This document shows, in pieces, positions 10,504 through 22,045 of a stretch of 64,000 nucleotides of DNA (positions are counted from its first letter, which is position 1; every line of letters begins with the position of its first letter). The notes under the pieces were generated by a model. It saw only the letters and a program-made list of their open reading frames with translations, had not been told where the DNA came from and ran no database searches. The DNA is from an uncultured Planctomycetaceae bacterium (GTDB lineage Bacteria > Planctomycetota > Planctomycetia > Planctomycetales > Planctomycetaceae): contig CAWFGE010000008.1 in the NCBI GenBank assembly GCA_963815195.1, forward strand, positions 576,001 to 640,000. The letters are read 5' to 3'. The position numbers and the translations under genes are program-made.

Positions 10504-13451
10504 ATGCCTGATCGGTACGACCCAAAGGATCACATCCAGAAATTGCAAGTCGCACCTCGCGCTGAGGGCATTCTTGATCAACGAGAAATTACGATCCAAT
10601 CGTACCAGACGACCGTGCCATACGATTTCGAGACGCTGAATACCGGATTGAGCGGGGCTTGGCTAACGCCTCAGATTCGCCTTGGCGTGTTCTCTCACAT
10701 TGCCTCAACAAGCAAAGACGCATTGAATGTCGTGCTTGGACTCCAGGATGAACTGAAGGTTCGCGCCTACGATTACGACGAACGACGCCCGGTTTGGTAC
10801 GTGTGGCAGAATGTTGTGGTGGAAACAGTGAACGTCCATTACTACAGGGACAATCACGGACTGCTTCGATTCACGACTACTGGGGGAGGACGTCGGATCA
10901 CCGATGACCGCCTCCATGAATTCAACTCTGCGTTTCTCGGTATCCCCACGAATGCCGTAAGCAAACGTCAATTCGATCTAGACAAACTGCGGCTCCTCTG
11001 TTTTAGTCGGTTCAAGGATCGGCTCTATATGATTCGATTTGGGGAACCATCAGCAGCGGAATATGAAAGCATCGAACATGCGATGTTTCAAAGCCGCAAA
11101 TACATCGACCCAGATGTCGAGCGACTCAAAGAGATCAGAAATGATACGCAAGTGAAGATCGAATCGTTTGATTCTGACATTCCAGTTCCTTCTGAAGAGT
11201 TGATCGAAAAGATTTCCGTTCGTTTCTTTATCAGAGGATTGAGTGGGTCACTGCGTCTTCGATTTCCCAGATTCCGCTTTAAAAAGCAACTCAAAACCGA
11301 TGACGAGCAGGCACGGGCCTTCTACCGTCTCGCCGATGCGGCTGTGAATGCCATTCTCGACGCCGACTATTATGCTCACCAACCACGGTCCCTCGATGAT
11401 TTAAGTACTGATCTGGGCATGTATCCGGACGTGGTTGAGCTCGCCGATTTTCGGGAAGTGTTACTAAGTGATGAAGCTCGGAAGGACTTTTTTGAGAAGA
11501 TCGATCTCAGCGAGAAATGGCCATGTTGGAGCCCTCACACCTGCAGGCCATTGACGAACTGCTTGAATCAAAACCCGTCGCAATCGCTGTAGACCAGAAT
11601 ATCGTGGAGTTAGTAAATCGTGATCCGACGATTGCGGCACATTTATTGAATGTTTGCCAAGCCGATGCGAGGAAACATCGTGTGGCGGCGCTGGTCGCGG
11701 ATCGCCTGTCGCGTCAGGTCCACGCGATTACCGCGGAAAGACGTGCTCAAATTGAAGAACAGCTACTTTCTTGGGCGATTGAAAGGGAAGTCGAATCCTG
11801 GGACGTTGATCCCGATACGGGCGACTTTGGTGCTCTACACTTGAAATGGCGGATTGACGACGATATTGCCTTCGATGTTCTCCCAATCATCATCTGGAAG
11901 CTCATGGGGGTAATGCACTCACGATTGACCGCCTCCACCGATGACATTGGCCCGCTGCTACGCAAGTACGACTGGTGCGTCACTGTCGCGAAGGACCTTC
12001 CAGCGCATCATTCGAAGAATCCAGCGGCGCTGCGATTGGTCGCGGAGAAACGCGTTCCGAAATCGGCTTCAGAGGCTGATCGGGTGCTCAAGAATCCGGT
12101 TTCCAACGTCCGCGATCTCGACGAGGCTTTACTGAATCAGTTTGGGCTCCCGCTTTGGCCACTTCTCACCGCGTCTCGTCGGGAAGGGAAGGTCCAGCTT
12201 TCCAATGAAGGCATCGGTTCGGCGTTGGCGGCAAGGGTGCAAGCAGCGAATGACGCGCCCAACGACGACGAAGAACCTGCCGCGTTCGATCTCGGTCCCG
12301 GCGATTCGGTTTCGCTGTCGTTGCCGAGCGACTATGCGACCGTCGATGTGCAATTTGAAAAGCTTGGCAGCACGTATCGTGTCGCCGTGCCCATTCTCGG
12401 CGAGGAATCGTCTACCGTGGCCATGGGCAACCAGCGAATCCTTCCGGCGACAATCAACCGCAAACGCCTCTCTGCCCAGCGCGAATATCGCAAGCAAATC
12501 GATCGGGAAGGAATCGTGATTGGATCGAGTCCAGCGGTGCTCGAAATCTTCGAGACGATTCACCACGCGAACCTGACCGATGGACCACCGGCAGTTCTGC
12601 TACTTGGTGAGCCTGGCGTTGGCAAGACGCACATTGCCGAGCTTCTCCACAAGTCGAGCAACCGCGCTTCAAAACCGTTTGAAGTGGTCAATGCCGGTGG
12701 CGCGGGCGGCGACATCAACATCCAACGCGGCGAGTGGATCGGCTACGGCAAGAATCACGGAATCCAGCACATCGAGAAAAAGGGCCAACCCGGCCACCTA
12801 ACGAAAGCGAACGGCGGCACGTTGTTCGTCGACGAATTCGCGTCGTTCTCTCTTGAATTGCAGGCAATCTTTCTGTCGGTGCTTGAAAAGCGCACCGTGC
12901 AAAAGGTTGGCGGCGAGAGTTTCACGCCTGACGTCAGGTGCATTTTTGCGACCAACGCCGATTTGGACAAAGCTGTCGATACAGGCGCGTTTCGGCGTGA
13001 CTTGCTTGATCGCATATCAGTGACGATTTGCATTCCGCCGCTTAGAGAGCGCAGGGGTGACATTCTCCTACTTGCGAGGAAATTCGCTGGCGAGCACTCA
13101 ATTGCGGACCGATGCCTGTTCGCCCTGCTTCGGTATGAATGGCCGGACAATATCCGGGGGCTGCAACTCAAGATGGCCGGCGCGATCGCAAAAATGAAGG
13201 CCGACAAGTCGGTGGCGATAGACATCGCGCACCTCGAACTTCCTGCGGATATCGTCTCCCAAGTTGAAGGTCTGAATGACGACGCGTGCCGACGCGATCT
13301 TTGGACGATTGCCGACGAGATTTCGCGCGGAGAGGGGTTCGAGCAGGGTGATGGACTGCAGCGCCGAGCCGCCGAGATCATGGGCGTAAGCGCGGCGCAG
13401 GCGTCGAAGATGTATCAGACGCTTGGACTCGCACGCGCAGCTTCTGCTTGA
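10504..13451 (+). CDS. Large enhancer-binding-protein-like regulator: unknown N-terminus, sigma54-activator AAA+ domain, C-terminal HTH (probable indel near 11535)
   Basis: GEPGVGKT, GGTLFVDEF, DVRCIFATNADL, FRRDLLDRI, IPPLRERRGDI, YEWPDNIRGL, QRRAAEIMGVS; ORFs 10474-11592 and 11517-13451 join if 2 nt are removed from CACAC. Confidence 0.8.
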
Positions 13452-13471
13452 GGGCCTTCGCCCCTCGCAGA

Positions 13472-13571
13472 CTTTCCTGTGAGGCAGATCGTCTTTCCTC
13501 GTCGGCCAAATTGTGGGGTCTGACTTTCCCGAGACCCCAAAACACTTTCCTCTGGGGCCGATCGTCTTTCC
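13472..13571. repeat. Five phased CTTTCC direct repeats (candidate enhancer/UAS)
   Basis: CTTTCC starts at 13472, 13493, 13524, 13545, 13566 (spacing 21, 31, 21, 21); two copies share GATCGTCTTTCCTCGT. Confidence 0.75.
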
Positions 13572-13632
13572 TCGTTGTTGCTGCCGCTGCAAAAACCGCT
13601 GTTTTTACGGGGAAAATGCCCGGAATACGCAA

Positions 13633-13648
13633 TGGCACACCCCTTGCT
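13633..13648 (+). promoter_or_regulatory. sigma54 (-24/-12) promoter
   Basis: TGGCAC-ACCCC-TTGCT with GG-N10-GC spacing, intergenic, about 75 bp upstream of the next ATG. Confidence 0.8.
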
Positions 13649-13723
13649 TTTAGTGTGTGCCGGATACAACGCATCGAATAGTTGGCGGTGCTATTCAAGG
13701 CTCTGAAGCAAGGAGAGGTCGTT

Positions 13724-13948
13724 ATGCCGGCAGTTATCCCTTCGATTCCCACGATCGGCGAAATCGCACGGCGGCTTGGCGAGCCCACGCATCGAATTGA
13801 GTACATCATCAGAGCCCGCGGCATCCTGCCGTGTGGTCGCGCGGGTAACGCCCGCGTCTTCGATGAGGCGGCGGTTAAGGCAATCGGCGCGGCGTTGCAG
13901 CAGGTCGACGCCTCAAAGGTCCGCGACCACGAATTTTACGACTCCTAA
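13724..13948 (+). CDS. Small MerR/excisionase-like HTH DNA-binding protein
   Basis: TIGEIARRLGEPTHRIEYII...RAGNARVFDE; AGGAGAGG RBS. Confidence 0.8.
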   Translation: MPAVIPSIPTIGEIARRLGEPTHRIEYIIRARGILPCGRAGNARVFDEAAVKAIGAALQQVDASKVRDHEFYDS

Positions 13949-13960
13949 CCAAATGGCGTG

Positions 13961-14030
13961 GGGCTCGTGGCATGGTCGCCAGAACAGGATTCCTAACCTG
14001 GTTCCCCGGGTTCGATTCCCGGCGGGTCCA
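13961..14030 (+). tRNA. tRNA-Arg(CCT)-like element (atypical or pseudo-tRNA)
   Basis: Acceptor GGGCTCG/CGGGTCC+A; T arm CCGGG-TTCGATT-CCCGG; TT-CCT-AA loop; short D-like stem TGGC/GCCA; anticodon stem one base short. Confidence 0.6.
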
Positions 14031-14037
14031 TTTACGA

Positions 14038-14068
14038 AATGCGCCCGGTGACGGTCACCGGGCGCATT
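14038..14068. repeat. Perfect palindrome with 15-bp arms
   Basis: AATGCGCCCGGTGAC-G-GTCACCGGGCGCATT. Confidence 0.85.
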
Positions 14069-14146
14069 CACCAGAACAGGATTCCTATATCAACATTCTA
14101 GTCCAATCGACGGCTGTTGACAACAACGAGCACTCTTGGAGATGAC

Positions 14147-14419
14147 ATGGGGACGATGCGGCGTTCGACCGAGTTCAAGGGTCTGGACGAAATTGACGAA
14201 AGTACGGAAGCCGGGCTTGCGCCGCTGTTGCTGACCGCAAAGCAGGCCGCGGAGATCTGCGGTAAATCGTTGCGGACCTGGCGGACATGGGACGCGGCAG
14301 GCTGGATTCCGCGGCCGGTGCGGATCGGACGCTCGACCCTCTGGCGTTTCGAGGAACTGCGGGAATGGGTGGCTGCGGGTTGTCCCCGCCGAGCTGAGTG
14401 GGAGGCGCGGACATGCTGA
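14147..14419 (+). CDS. AlpA/excisionase-like HTH protein
   Basis: LLLTAKQAAEICGKSLRTWRTWDAAGWIPRPVRIGRSTLWRFEELREW. Confidence 0.88.
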   Translation: MGTMRRSTEFKGLDEIDESTEAGLAPLLLTAKQAAEICGKSLRTWRTWDAAGWIPRPVRIGRSTLWRFEELREWVAAGCPRRAEWEARTC

Positions 14420-17163
14420 TCGTGCCGGGTCCCAATAGTGAGATCGGCGTCGCGCTGGCCAATCGTCTCGGCCTCGCGCTCGACAAACGGGAGGGTCACG
14501 ACCTCGCCGGGCCGTGCATCGCGTGCCAGTCGAGCGATGCCTTTCGCTTGCACATTCAGTCGGGCGTTGCCCAATGCTATTCTTGCGGCGGCAAGTGGTC
14601 GCCGTTCCAGGTTGCGGAAACCGTGTTGAGCGACCGCGAGCAGGCCAAGGCGCTCCTGATTGATCTCGGCCTCTTTAAACCAAGTCCGGACGGGAACGGG
14701 CAGACGACACCTCCTGACCCGATCGCGGAAATCGCGCGGCAAAAGGGTGTGACCGCTGAATCGTTTCGAGTGTTCGGCGCGAAAGTCTTTACCCCGGTCT
14801 CGATTCGATTGCCCTGTTACGGACCCGATGGAAAGGAATGCTCTCATCTGACCCTCAATTCGAAGGGCGGAAAAGGCATGTTCGCTTCGGGCAAAAAGGC
14901 GGGGCTGTTTTTCCCTCACGTCGAGGGCGAGGTGCGGTTGCCGCAGGCTGGTGAGACTTGGCACTTGGTCGAAGGGCCCAAGGATGCGGCGGCGCTCCAT
15001 GACCTTGGATTCCTTGCCTGCGGCCTGAACACCTGCCGGTTGGCGGCGAAGTTCGCCCGGTTGTTTGCGGGCGTTGAGATCGTAATGGTGCCCGATCGTG
15101 ATCGGGCTGGCGAAGACGGTGCTCAGTTCAGCGCCCGCGTCCTCCGTGGAATTGCCGAATCGGTGCGGATCGTCGTGCTCCCCGCGGAGTTCAAAGAGTC
15201 TGAAGGTGAAGATGTCCGGGACATCCTGCGTCGCCAAGGCGGCCGTGACCAATTGATGCAGGCGATCGAAGACGCGAGGTTTCCCGAGGGTTGGGAATCG
15301 ACGGAAGGAGATTCTGCTTCGCCGGCGGTTGCGAGCGCCGAGGTTCCTCTGCTGGAAGGCGAACCGCTGATCCTTGAGGTTTCACCCAAAGGTCGCGAGC
15401 CGCAACGGATCGTTGTTGCCACGCGAGGCGAAGTCGAGCACCGCGATCGAATTAACACGGACAGCAGTATCTCGCGAGATCGTTTCGTCAAAAAACTGGC
15501 CGAGAAAATCGGCGTCGAACGTGATGTTTTGGCTCCGCTGGTCGATCCGCATCTTACAAAACTGGCTGTCGAAATTGACGAATCCGCGGCCGGCGGGCTG
15601 GGCGACGATGGGGAGATGCAGAGCCAAGCCACGCTCGCGGCGAACATGGCGATGGAGTGGGATCTGTTTCACACGCCCGCGAAGGACGCCTATGCAACGA
15701 TTCCAATTGGCGATCATCAGGAAACCTGGCCTGTCCGGTCGCAAACATTTAAACGCTACATCGCCAAACGTTTTTTCGATGAGGAAGGCAAGGCCATGAA
15801 CTCCGAGGCACAATCGTCCGCAATCAATCTGATCGAAGCAAAGGCTCTTTTCGAGGGCGAAACGCACAAGGTCCACGTCCGCGTCGCGGAGCACGATGGG
15901 AGCATCTACCTCGATCTCTGCAACGAAACGTGGCAGGTTTTCGAGATCACCGCGAAGGGATGGCAGGTCGTTGACGAATCACCGGTTCGTTTCCGGCGAT
16001 CAAAGGGCATGTTGCCGTTACCGCTTCCTGAGCCAGGCGGGACGATTGATCAGCTTCGGGGATTTCTGAACGTCGATGATGACACCTGGCGGCTGATCGT
16101 GGCTTGGCTCGTGGCGACCTTGCGTCCACGGGGCCCGTACCCGGCGCTGGCACTCTTTGCCGAACAGGGGTCGGGCAAAAGCACGTCGGGCCGGTTGCTG
16201 CGGGAACTTGTTGATCCGAACGCGGCTCCGCTGCGGGCGGAACCGCACGACGGCCGCGACCTCATGATCGCCGCGAACAATTCCTGGTGCCTGGCGTATG
16301 ACAACCTCTCACATGTTCCGCCCTGGCTTTCCGATGCATTCTGCCGGCTCAGCACCGGCGGCGGATTCGCGACCCGCGAACTCTACACCGATCAAGACGA
16401 AGTGATCTTCGACTCGCAGCGCCCGATCTTGTTAACCAGCATCGAAGAAGTCGCGACGCGATCGGACCTCCTCGACCGCTGCTTGGTCGTTTGGCTGCCG
16501 GCGATTCCCGAGGACCGGCGGCGTCCCGAAGCGGAACTCTACGCAGCGTTTGAGAAGGCCCGACCTTTGATCATTGGCGCACTGCTGGACGCCGTGGCGG
16601 TCGCGCTTCGGCAACTCCCGACCATCAAACTTTCGAGTCTGCCCCGCATGGCGGATTTCGCTCTTTGGGCCACGGCCGCCGAGACGGCGTTCGGCTGGAA
16701 TCGAGGCGAGTTCCTCGCGGCTTACGAAGGAAATCGTCAGTCGGCCAATGACGTAGCTCTTGAAGCTTCGTCCGTCGCCCGCCCGCTGCTCGAACTGCTC
16801 GACGAGAAGGGCTCCTGGTCGGGCACCGCCAGCGAACTGCTCACCGAGTTGGAGGATCGGGTGACCGACCAACTAAAACGCCAAAAGATTTGGCCGTCGA
16901 ATGGCCGGTCGATGTCGGGACATTTGAAACGCCTTGCTCCGAATCTTCGGGCCTCGGGATGGCAGGTTTCATTCCACCGCGAGGCCCGGCAGCGATTGGT
17001 GGTGATCGAGCGGTCGGAGGTCTCTGCGTCATCGCCGGAGTTACCGTCATCGCCTGATGACGATGACCCGGTGCAGAGTGATGCAAAACCCGGCGATCTG
17101 TTTCCAAATGACGCGAGTGACGTATATGACGCATTTCGCGGTCCATACGATCCACGGTGGTAA
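14413..17163 (+). CDS. Primase-helicase (Zn finger + TOPRIM + P-loop)
   Basis: CIAC...CYSC; LVEGPKDAAAL, PDRDRAG, DVRD; Walker A EQGSGKST, YDNLS, RELYTD, DLLDR. Confidence 0.87.
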   Translation: MLIVPGPNSEIGVALANRLGLALDKREGHDLAGPCIACQSSDAFRLHIQSGVAQCYSCGGKWSPFQVAETVLSDREQAKALLIDLGLFKPSPDGNGQTTPPDPIAEIARQKGVTAESFRVFGAKVFTPVSIRLPCYGPDGKECSHLTLNSKGGKGMFASGKKAGLFFPHVEGEVRLPQAGETWHLVEGPKDAAALHDLGFLACGLNTCRLAAKFARLFAGVEIVMVPDRDRAGEDGAQFSARVLRGIAESVRIVVLPAEFKESEGEDVRDILRRQGGRDQLMQAIEDARFPEGWESTEGDSASPAVASAEVPLLEGEPLILEVSPKGREPQRIVVATRGEVEHRDRINTDSSISRDRFVKKLAEKIGVERDVLAPLVDPHLTKLAVEIDESAAGGLGDDGEMQSQATLAANMAMEWDLFHTPAKDAYATIPIGDHQETWPVRSQTFKRYIAKRFFDEEGKAMNSEAQSSAINLIEAKALFEGETHKVHVRVAEHDGSIYLDLCNETWQVFEITAKGWQVVDESPVRFRRSKGMLPLPLPEPGGTIDQLRGFLNVDDDTWRLIVAWLVATLRPRGPYPALALFAEQGSGKSTSGRLLRELVDPNAAPLRAEPHDGRDLMIAANNSWCLAYDNLSHVPPWLSDAFCRLSTGGGFATRELYTDQDEVIFDSQRPILLTSIEEVATRSDLLDRCLVVWLPAIPEDRRRPEAELYAAFEKARPLIIGALLDAVAVALRQLPTIKLSSLPRMADFALWATAAETAFGWNRGEFLAAYEGNRQSANDVALEASSVARPLLELLDEKGSWSGTASELLTELEDRVTDQLKRQKIWPSNGRSMSGHLKRLAPNLRASGWQVSFHREARQRLVVIERSEVSASSPELPSSPDDDDPVQSDAKPGDLFPNDASDVYDAFRGPYDPRW

Positions 17164-17251
17164 TTGAACATCGCTTGAGGTCCTTGCGGAAACGAGCAAA
17201 CTGTAAACAAACACCTCGAATCCACTCATTCTGAATTGGGAGAACGACGAA

Positions 17252-18865
<1,614 letters not shown>

Positions 18866-19281
18866 AAGAATTGCCTGTCCTAAGTTATTATTTTAAAATG
18901 GGTTGTGTCGTTGTTTTTTGAAGCCTGTCCAGTTTGAAACCATTCCTTCCAGTCTTGGGGCTTCTCGCGAATTGCCGTGTGGCCCCAGAACCAGCCCTCT
19001 TCATTGGGTCAACGTCCGTGTGACTTTGACACAAAGATATGCTTTGATGGGGCTTTTCTCCTTACGGACAGTTCGCTGACAATGATAGCGGGGGGCGGAC
19101 TGACTGACAAGCCCGGGGAGAGGCACCCGGAGCCCCGAGGATCCCGTCCAACTTTCCAGAAGGAGCTGGGTTCCTTCTCGGCGCGTGAAGGCATGCAGAG
19201 AGAGCCCGGACCGCGCAAAAGGTGCGTAACAATGCCGGACAAAAGCGAACCGATCGGTTCGGAAAGTCGGCATGGGAACGG

Positions 19282-19315
19282 AAAAAGAACCGGGCGGTTG
19301 GGACGCCCGGTTCTT
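19282..19315 (-). terminator. Intrinsic terminator of the RRM gene
   Basis: AAGAACCGGGCG/CGCCCGGTTCTT stem ending in a T-run on the minus strand. Confidence 0.7.
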
Positions 19316-19331
19316 GGCTTAAATCGAGGTT

Positions 19332-19616
19332 TTAGTAGCGGTTGCGTCGTCCGCCGCCACCGCCGGAACGTTGTTCCCGCGGCCGGGCTTCGTTCACGGT
19401 CAGCGCCCGGCCGTCGTGATCTTTGCCGTTGAGGGCACTGATAGCGGCGTCGCCGCCGCTGCTCATTTCGACAAACCCGAAGCCGCGCGAGCGGCCGGTG
19501 TCACGGTCCATCACGACCGAAGCGGAGCTGACGTCGCCGTAGGGCTCGAACATCTCGCGCAAATCGTCCGAGGTGACCTGGAACGAAAGATTGCCAACAT
19601 ACAGATTCTTACTCAT
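19332..19616 (-). CDS. RRM RNA-binding protein with Gly-rich tail
   Basis: RNP2 LYVGNL, RNP1 RGFGFVEM, LTVNEARPRE, GGGGGRR. Confidence 0.95.
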   Translation of the reverse strand: MSKNLYVGNLSFQVTSDDLREMFEPYGDVSSASVVMDRDTGRSRGFGFVEMSSGGDAAISALNGKDHDGRALTVNEARPREQRSGGGGGRRNRY

Positions 19617-20439
19617 CGTCATCCTTTGCGAACCGAAGCGGTTCTTCAAAATAGAAATCTCACAACCACAGGCGTGGTTGACCCGGTCGAAGCGAACTCA
19701 GCTCAAGAAAGTCGGCAAGAATTGGGGGATCGGCTTCCCAACAGCCTCACGTTCGAAGCCCAAAACAGGCCGACGAACCTTGGCTCTCGAACAATGCCAA
19801 CTGAGATCTGAAACGCCGTGAGAACAAAGGACTCAGAGCAGAAGATCCTCATGGATCAGTCGAGCAGTGGGGCACTTGGGCGTGCTCTCTTCATCTCCGC
19901 CGGCTCACACGCCAGAGCGGATGTCCAATTATAACCGCCAAAAAAATCCCAGCTAGAGCAGAAGCCCAGTTTCCGGAGAGTTTCCCAAAGAAAAATCCCA
20001 GGCGGTCCAGGGGTCATCTCGGGCAGAACAATGCAAATGTGCTCCGCCTCAATTGTTGTCCGGCAGCGCGGATTTGGCATCGACTCCCCAGTCTTCGATG
20101 GTGAACACCCTTGTGTAGGTCTCCCTGGGATTCGCTCGGCCGTCTTCCAGCGTCCGTAGCGAGATGCGCGCCGCCGCGAGTCCCAGCGGGACGTCGGGAT
20201 GGCGCCAGACGGTATAGTCCATGACGAGCTTCACCTCGTGCGCGTCTTCGATGCGGGAACCCTCCAAGGCGAAACGGCGTTGGTTTTCGATCACGCTGCT
20301 GCCGATGCGCACTTCGGGGCCAGCGTGTTTTGGGTCCGCCGATTAGCCGCTTTTGGAGGTGAACAAGCTATGATAGAATACTGGCAGGTGAAACGCGGCG
20401 GCGGGAAGCGCGGAATTGTCGAAATCGTTGAGGAAACCA

Positions 20440-20643
20440 ATGATTCAAACCGACCAGGAATTCCAAGCGGCGTTGGCACGCATTCGGCACCTCCAAATGC
20501 AGCTGGCGCATCGGCGAAAGACGGAAACGAATCCAACGAATTGTCGGCCGTCCGCTTCCGGCTTCCTTGCAGAAATCGACCGCATGCAATTGGAGGTTCG
20601 GGAATATCTGAGTTGGCTTCCCACGCGAACGGCCTCCACCTGA
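20440..20643 (+). CDS. Small helical hypothetical protein
   Basis: MIQTDQEFQAALARI...GFLAEIDRMQLEVREYL; GAGG RBS. Confidence 0.6.
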   Translation: MIQTDQEFQAALARIRHLQMQLAHRRKTETNPTNCRPSASGFLAEIDRMQLEVREYLSWLPTRTAST

Positions 20644-20754
20644 GAGTTCCTCACCGGCCGCGGATGCGGCCGAAGCGGCAATGTGGCTGAGGTCGGTCTG
20701 CCTCAAGGGGCACTGAATTTCAAGGCGACGTCAGCGCGGATGGAGGTTGACCTT

Positions 20755-21090
20755 ATGAAGATTCTCTGGATCATCTATCCTTTTTGCTCGATCTTCATTC
20801 TGGTGGGGGCCGGAGTCTCGTTTTGGACGCTTCGCGGGATCTTGAAGGCGCGGGCCATCACACATTGGCCCACCGTCGAGGCCACGGTGACCACAATCGC
20901 CGACCGCGCCCCGGGCAATTATATCGATCCGAACGAGGCGATCGCGGCGGCGGTGCGGCTGGACATGCTCGGCGACTGGGAGGCGGCGATTGCCCTGTTT
21001 GAAACCGCTGCCCAGAATTGGCCCGAGCATCAGCGCTCCATTGAACGCTGCATCCGATACATCCATCAGAAACAGGCCCTTGCCCGATAG
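20755..21090 (+). CDS. Hypothetical membrane protein, possibly an internally deleted DUF3592-like gene
   Basis: TM helix then HWPTVEATV, followed abruptly by a TPR-like helical tail; GGAGG RBS. Confidence 0.5.
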   Translation: MKILWIIYPFCSIFILVGAGVSFWTLRGILKARAITHWPTVEATVTTIADRAPGNYIDPNEAIAAAVRLDMLGDWEAAIALFETAAQNWPEHQRSIERCIRYIHQKQALAR

Positions 21091-21129
21091 CGGTTTCTGC
21101 AATCTCTCCAAGAGCAAAGGACGGGAGCC

Positions 21130-21669
21130 ATGGCGTTCGACGACCCCGAACTCAAACGGCGGCAAGGAGTGGAAGACGATCTGGCTCGCCTCTCGGCGGC
21201 GGAGGAGCAGCATCACTTTCGGGCCATCGCGAGTTTGCTCGCTGTTTCGTTCGCGATTTATCTCGCGGTGGGGTTTTGGAGCGCGGGAGACGCCGGGGTG
21301 AGCGCGGCGTTCTTTATTATTGCGATTCGATTGAGCATCCTCGTTCCCATCGGGCTTTTGAGCTGTTTCGTGGGCGCGAGGATTCTGAAAACCTCGTTCG
21401 GCACGCTCGGCTCGGCCGCGCTCAAATTGGCCACTCTGTTTGTTGTCTCGGATGCGGTCGCTTCGTTCGCCGGTTTGTTTTCCGAGGACACTGTTTTCAC
21501 CGTTTTGATTTATGTGCTCACGCTCCTCGTCTCTCTGTGGCTGCTCGCCTGGCTGTTTCACCTGGAACCGCTCGAAGTCTTCTACTTCGCCCTGATTCTC
21601 CTGGTTGTCCGCTGGGGAACGTTGTCGCTAGCAAACCAGGTATTCGATTGGTTGAAACTCGTGGGATAG
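21130..21669 (+). CDS. Hypothetical multi-pass membrane protein
   Basis: About five hydrophobic segments; GGAG RBS. Confidence 0.75.
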   Translation: MAFDDPELKRRQGVEDDLARLSAAEEQHHFRAIASLLAVSFAIYLAVGFWSAGDAGVSAAFFIIAIRLSILVPIGLLSCFVGARILKTSFGTLGSAALKLATLFVVSDAVASFAGLFSEDTVFTVLIYVLTLLVSLWLLAWLFHLEPLEVFYFALILLVVRWGTLSLANQVFDWLKLVG

Positions 21670-22045
21670 ACGAGTCGCGACGCGCAGGTGATTGCCGGAG
21701 GTTCGGCGAAGTCCAACTTGGCGGGAGGTGTCCGGTGCCCTGCGACATAATCGCCGATGGGCGGGCCGCGGAATTCGCGCTGCAATTGTTCTGCCCGGAA
21801 AAGTCGCTCCGTTCCGTCACGACCGCCATAATCCGCCGGCTCTTTGCCAAGTTCCCTGCTTGCCCGGCTTGCGTTCCAGCTTGTTTCCGCCGTTAGCCGA
21901 TAACACTTTCAGGTCGTGCCCTCCGTGTCGAACGCTTCCGTCGCCCGCGTGGTTCCGCCGCCCGGCGACCCGACCGCAACATCCTTCCCACGCTGCTTGA
22001 TTCGGTCCCCTCATGTGACCCCAGACCCCAAGGCCTCGTGATTCT

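Noticed and set aside
13472..13571. Possible mini-CRISPR array
   Set aside because: The shared core is only 6-16 bp and the spacing of 21-31 bp is too short for repeat-spacer units.
13961..14030. tRNA-like element as the element's second att site
   Set aside because: It is on the opposite strand, differs in sequence from tRNA-Arg(ACG) at 18792-18865, and lies internal to the element.
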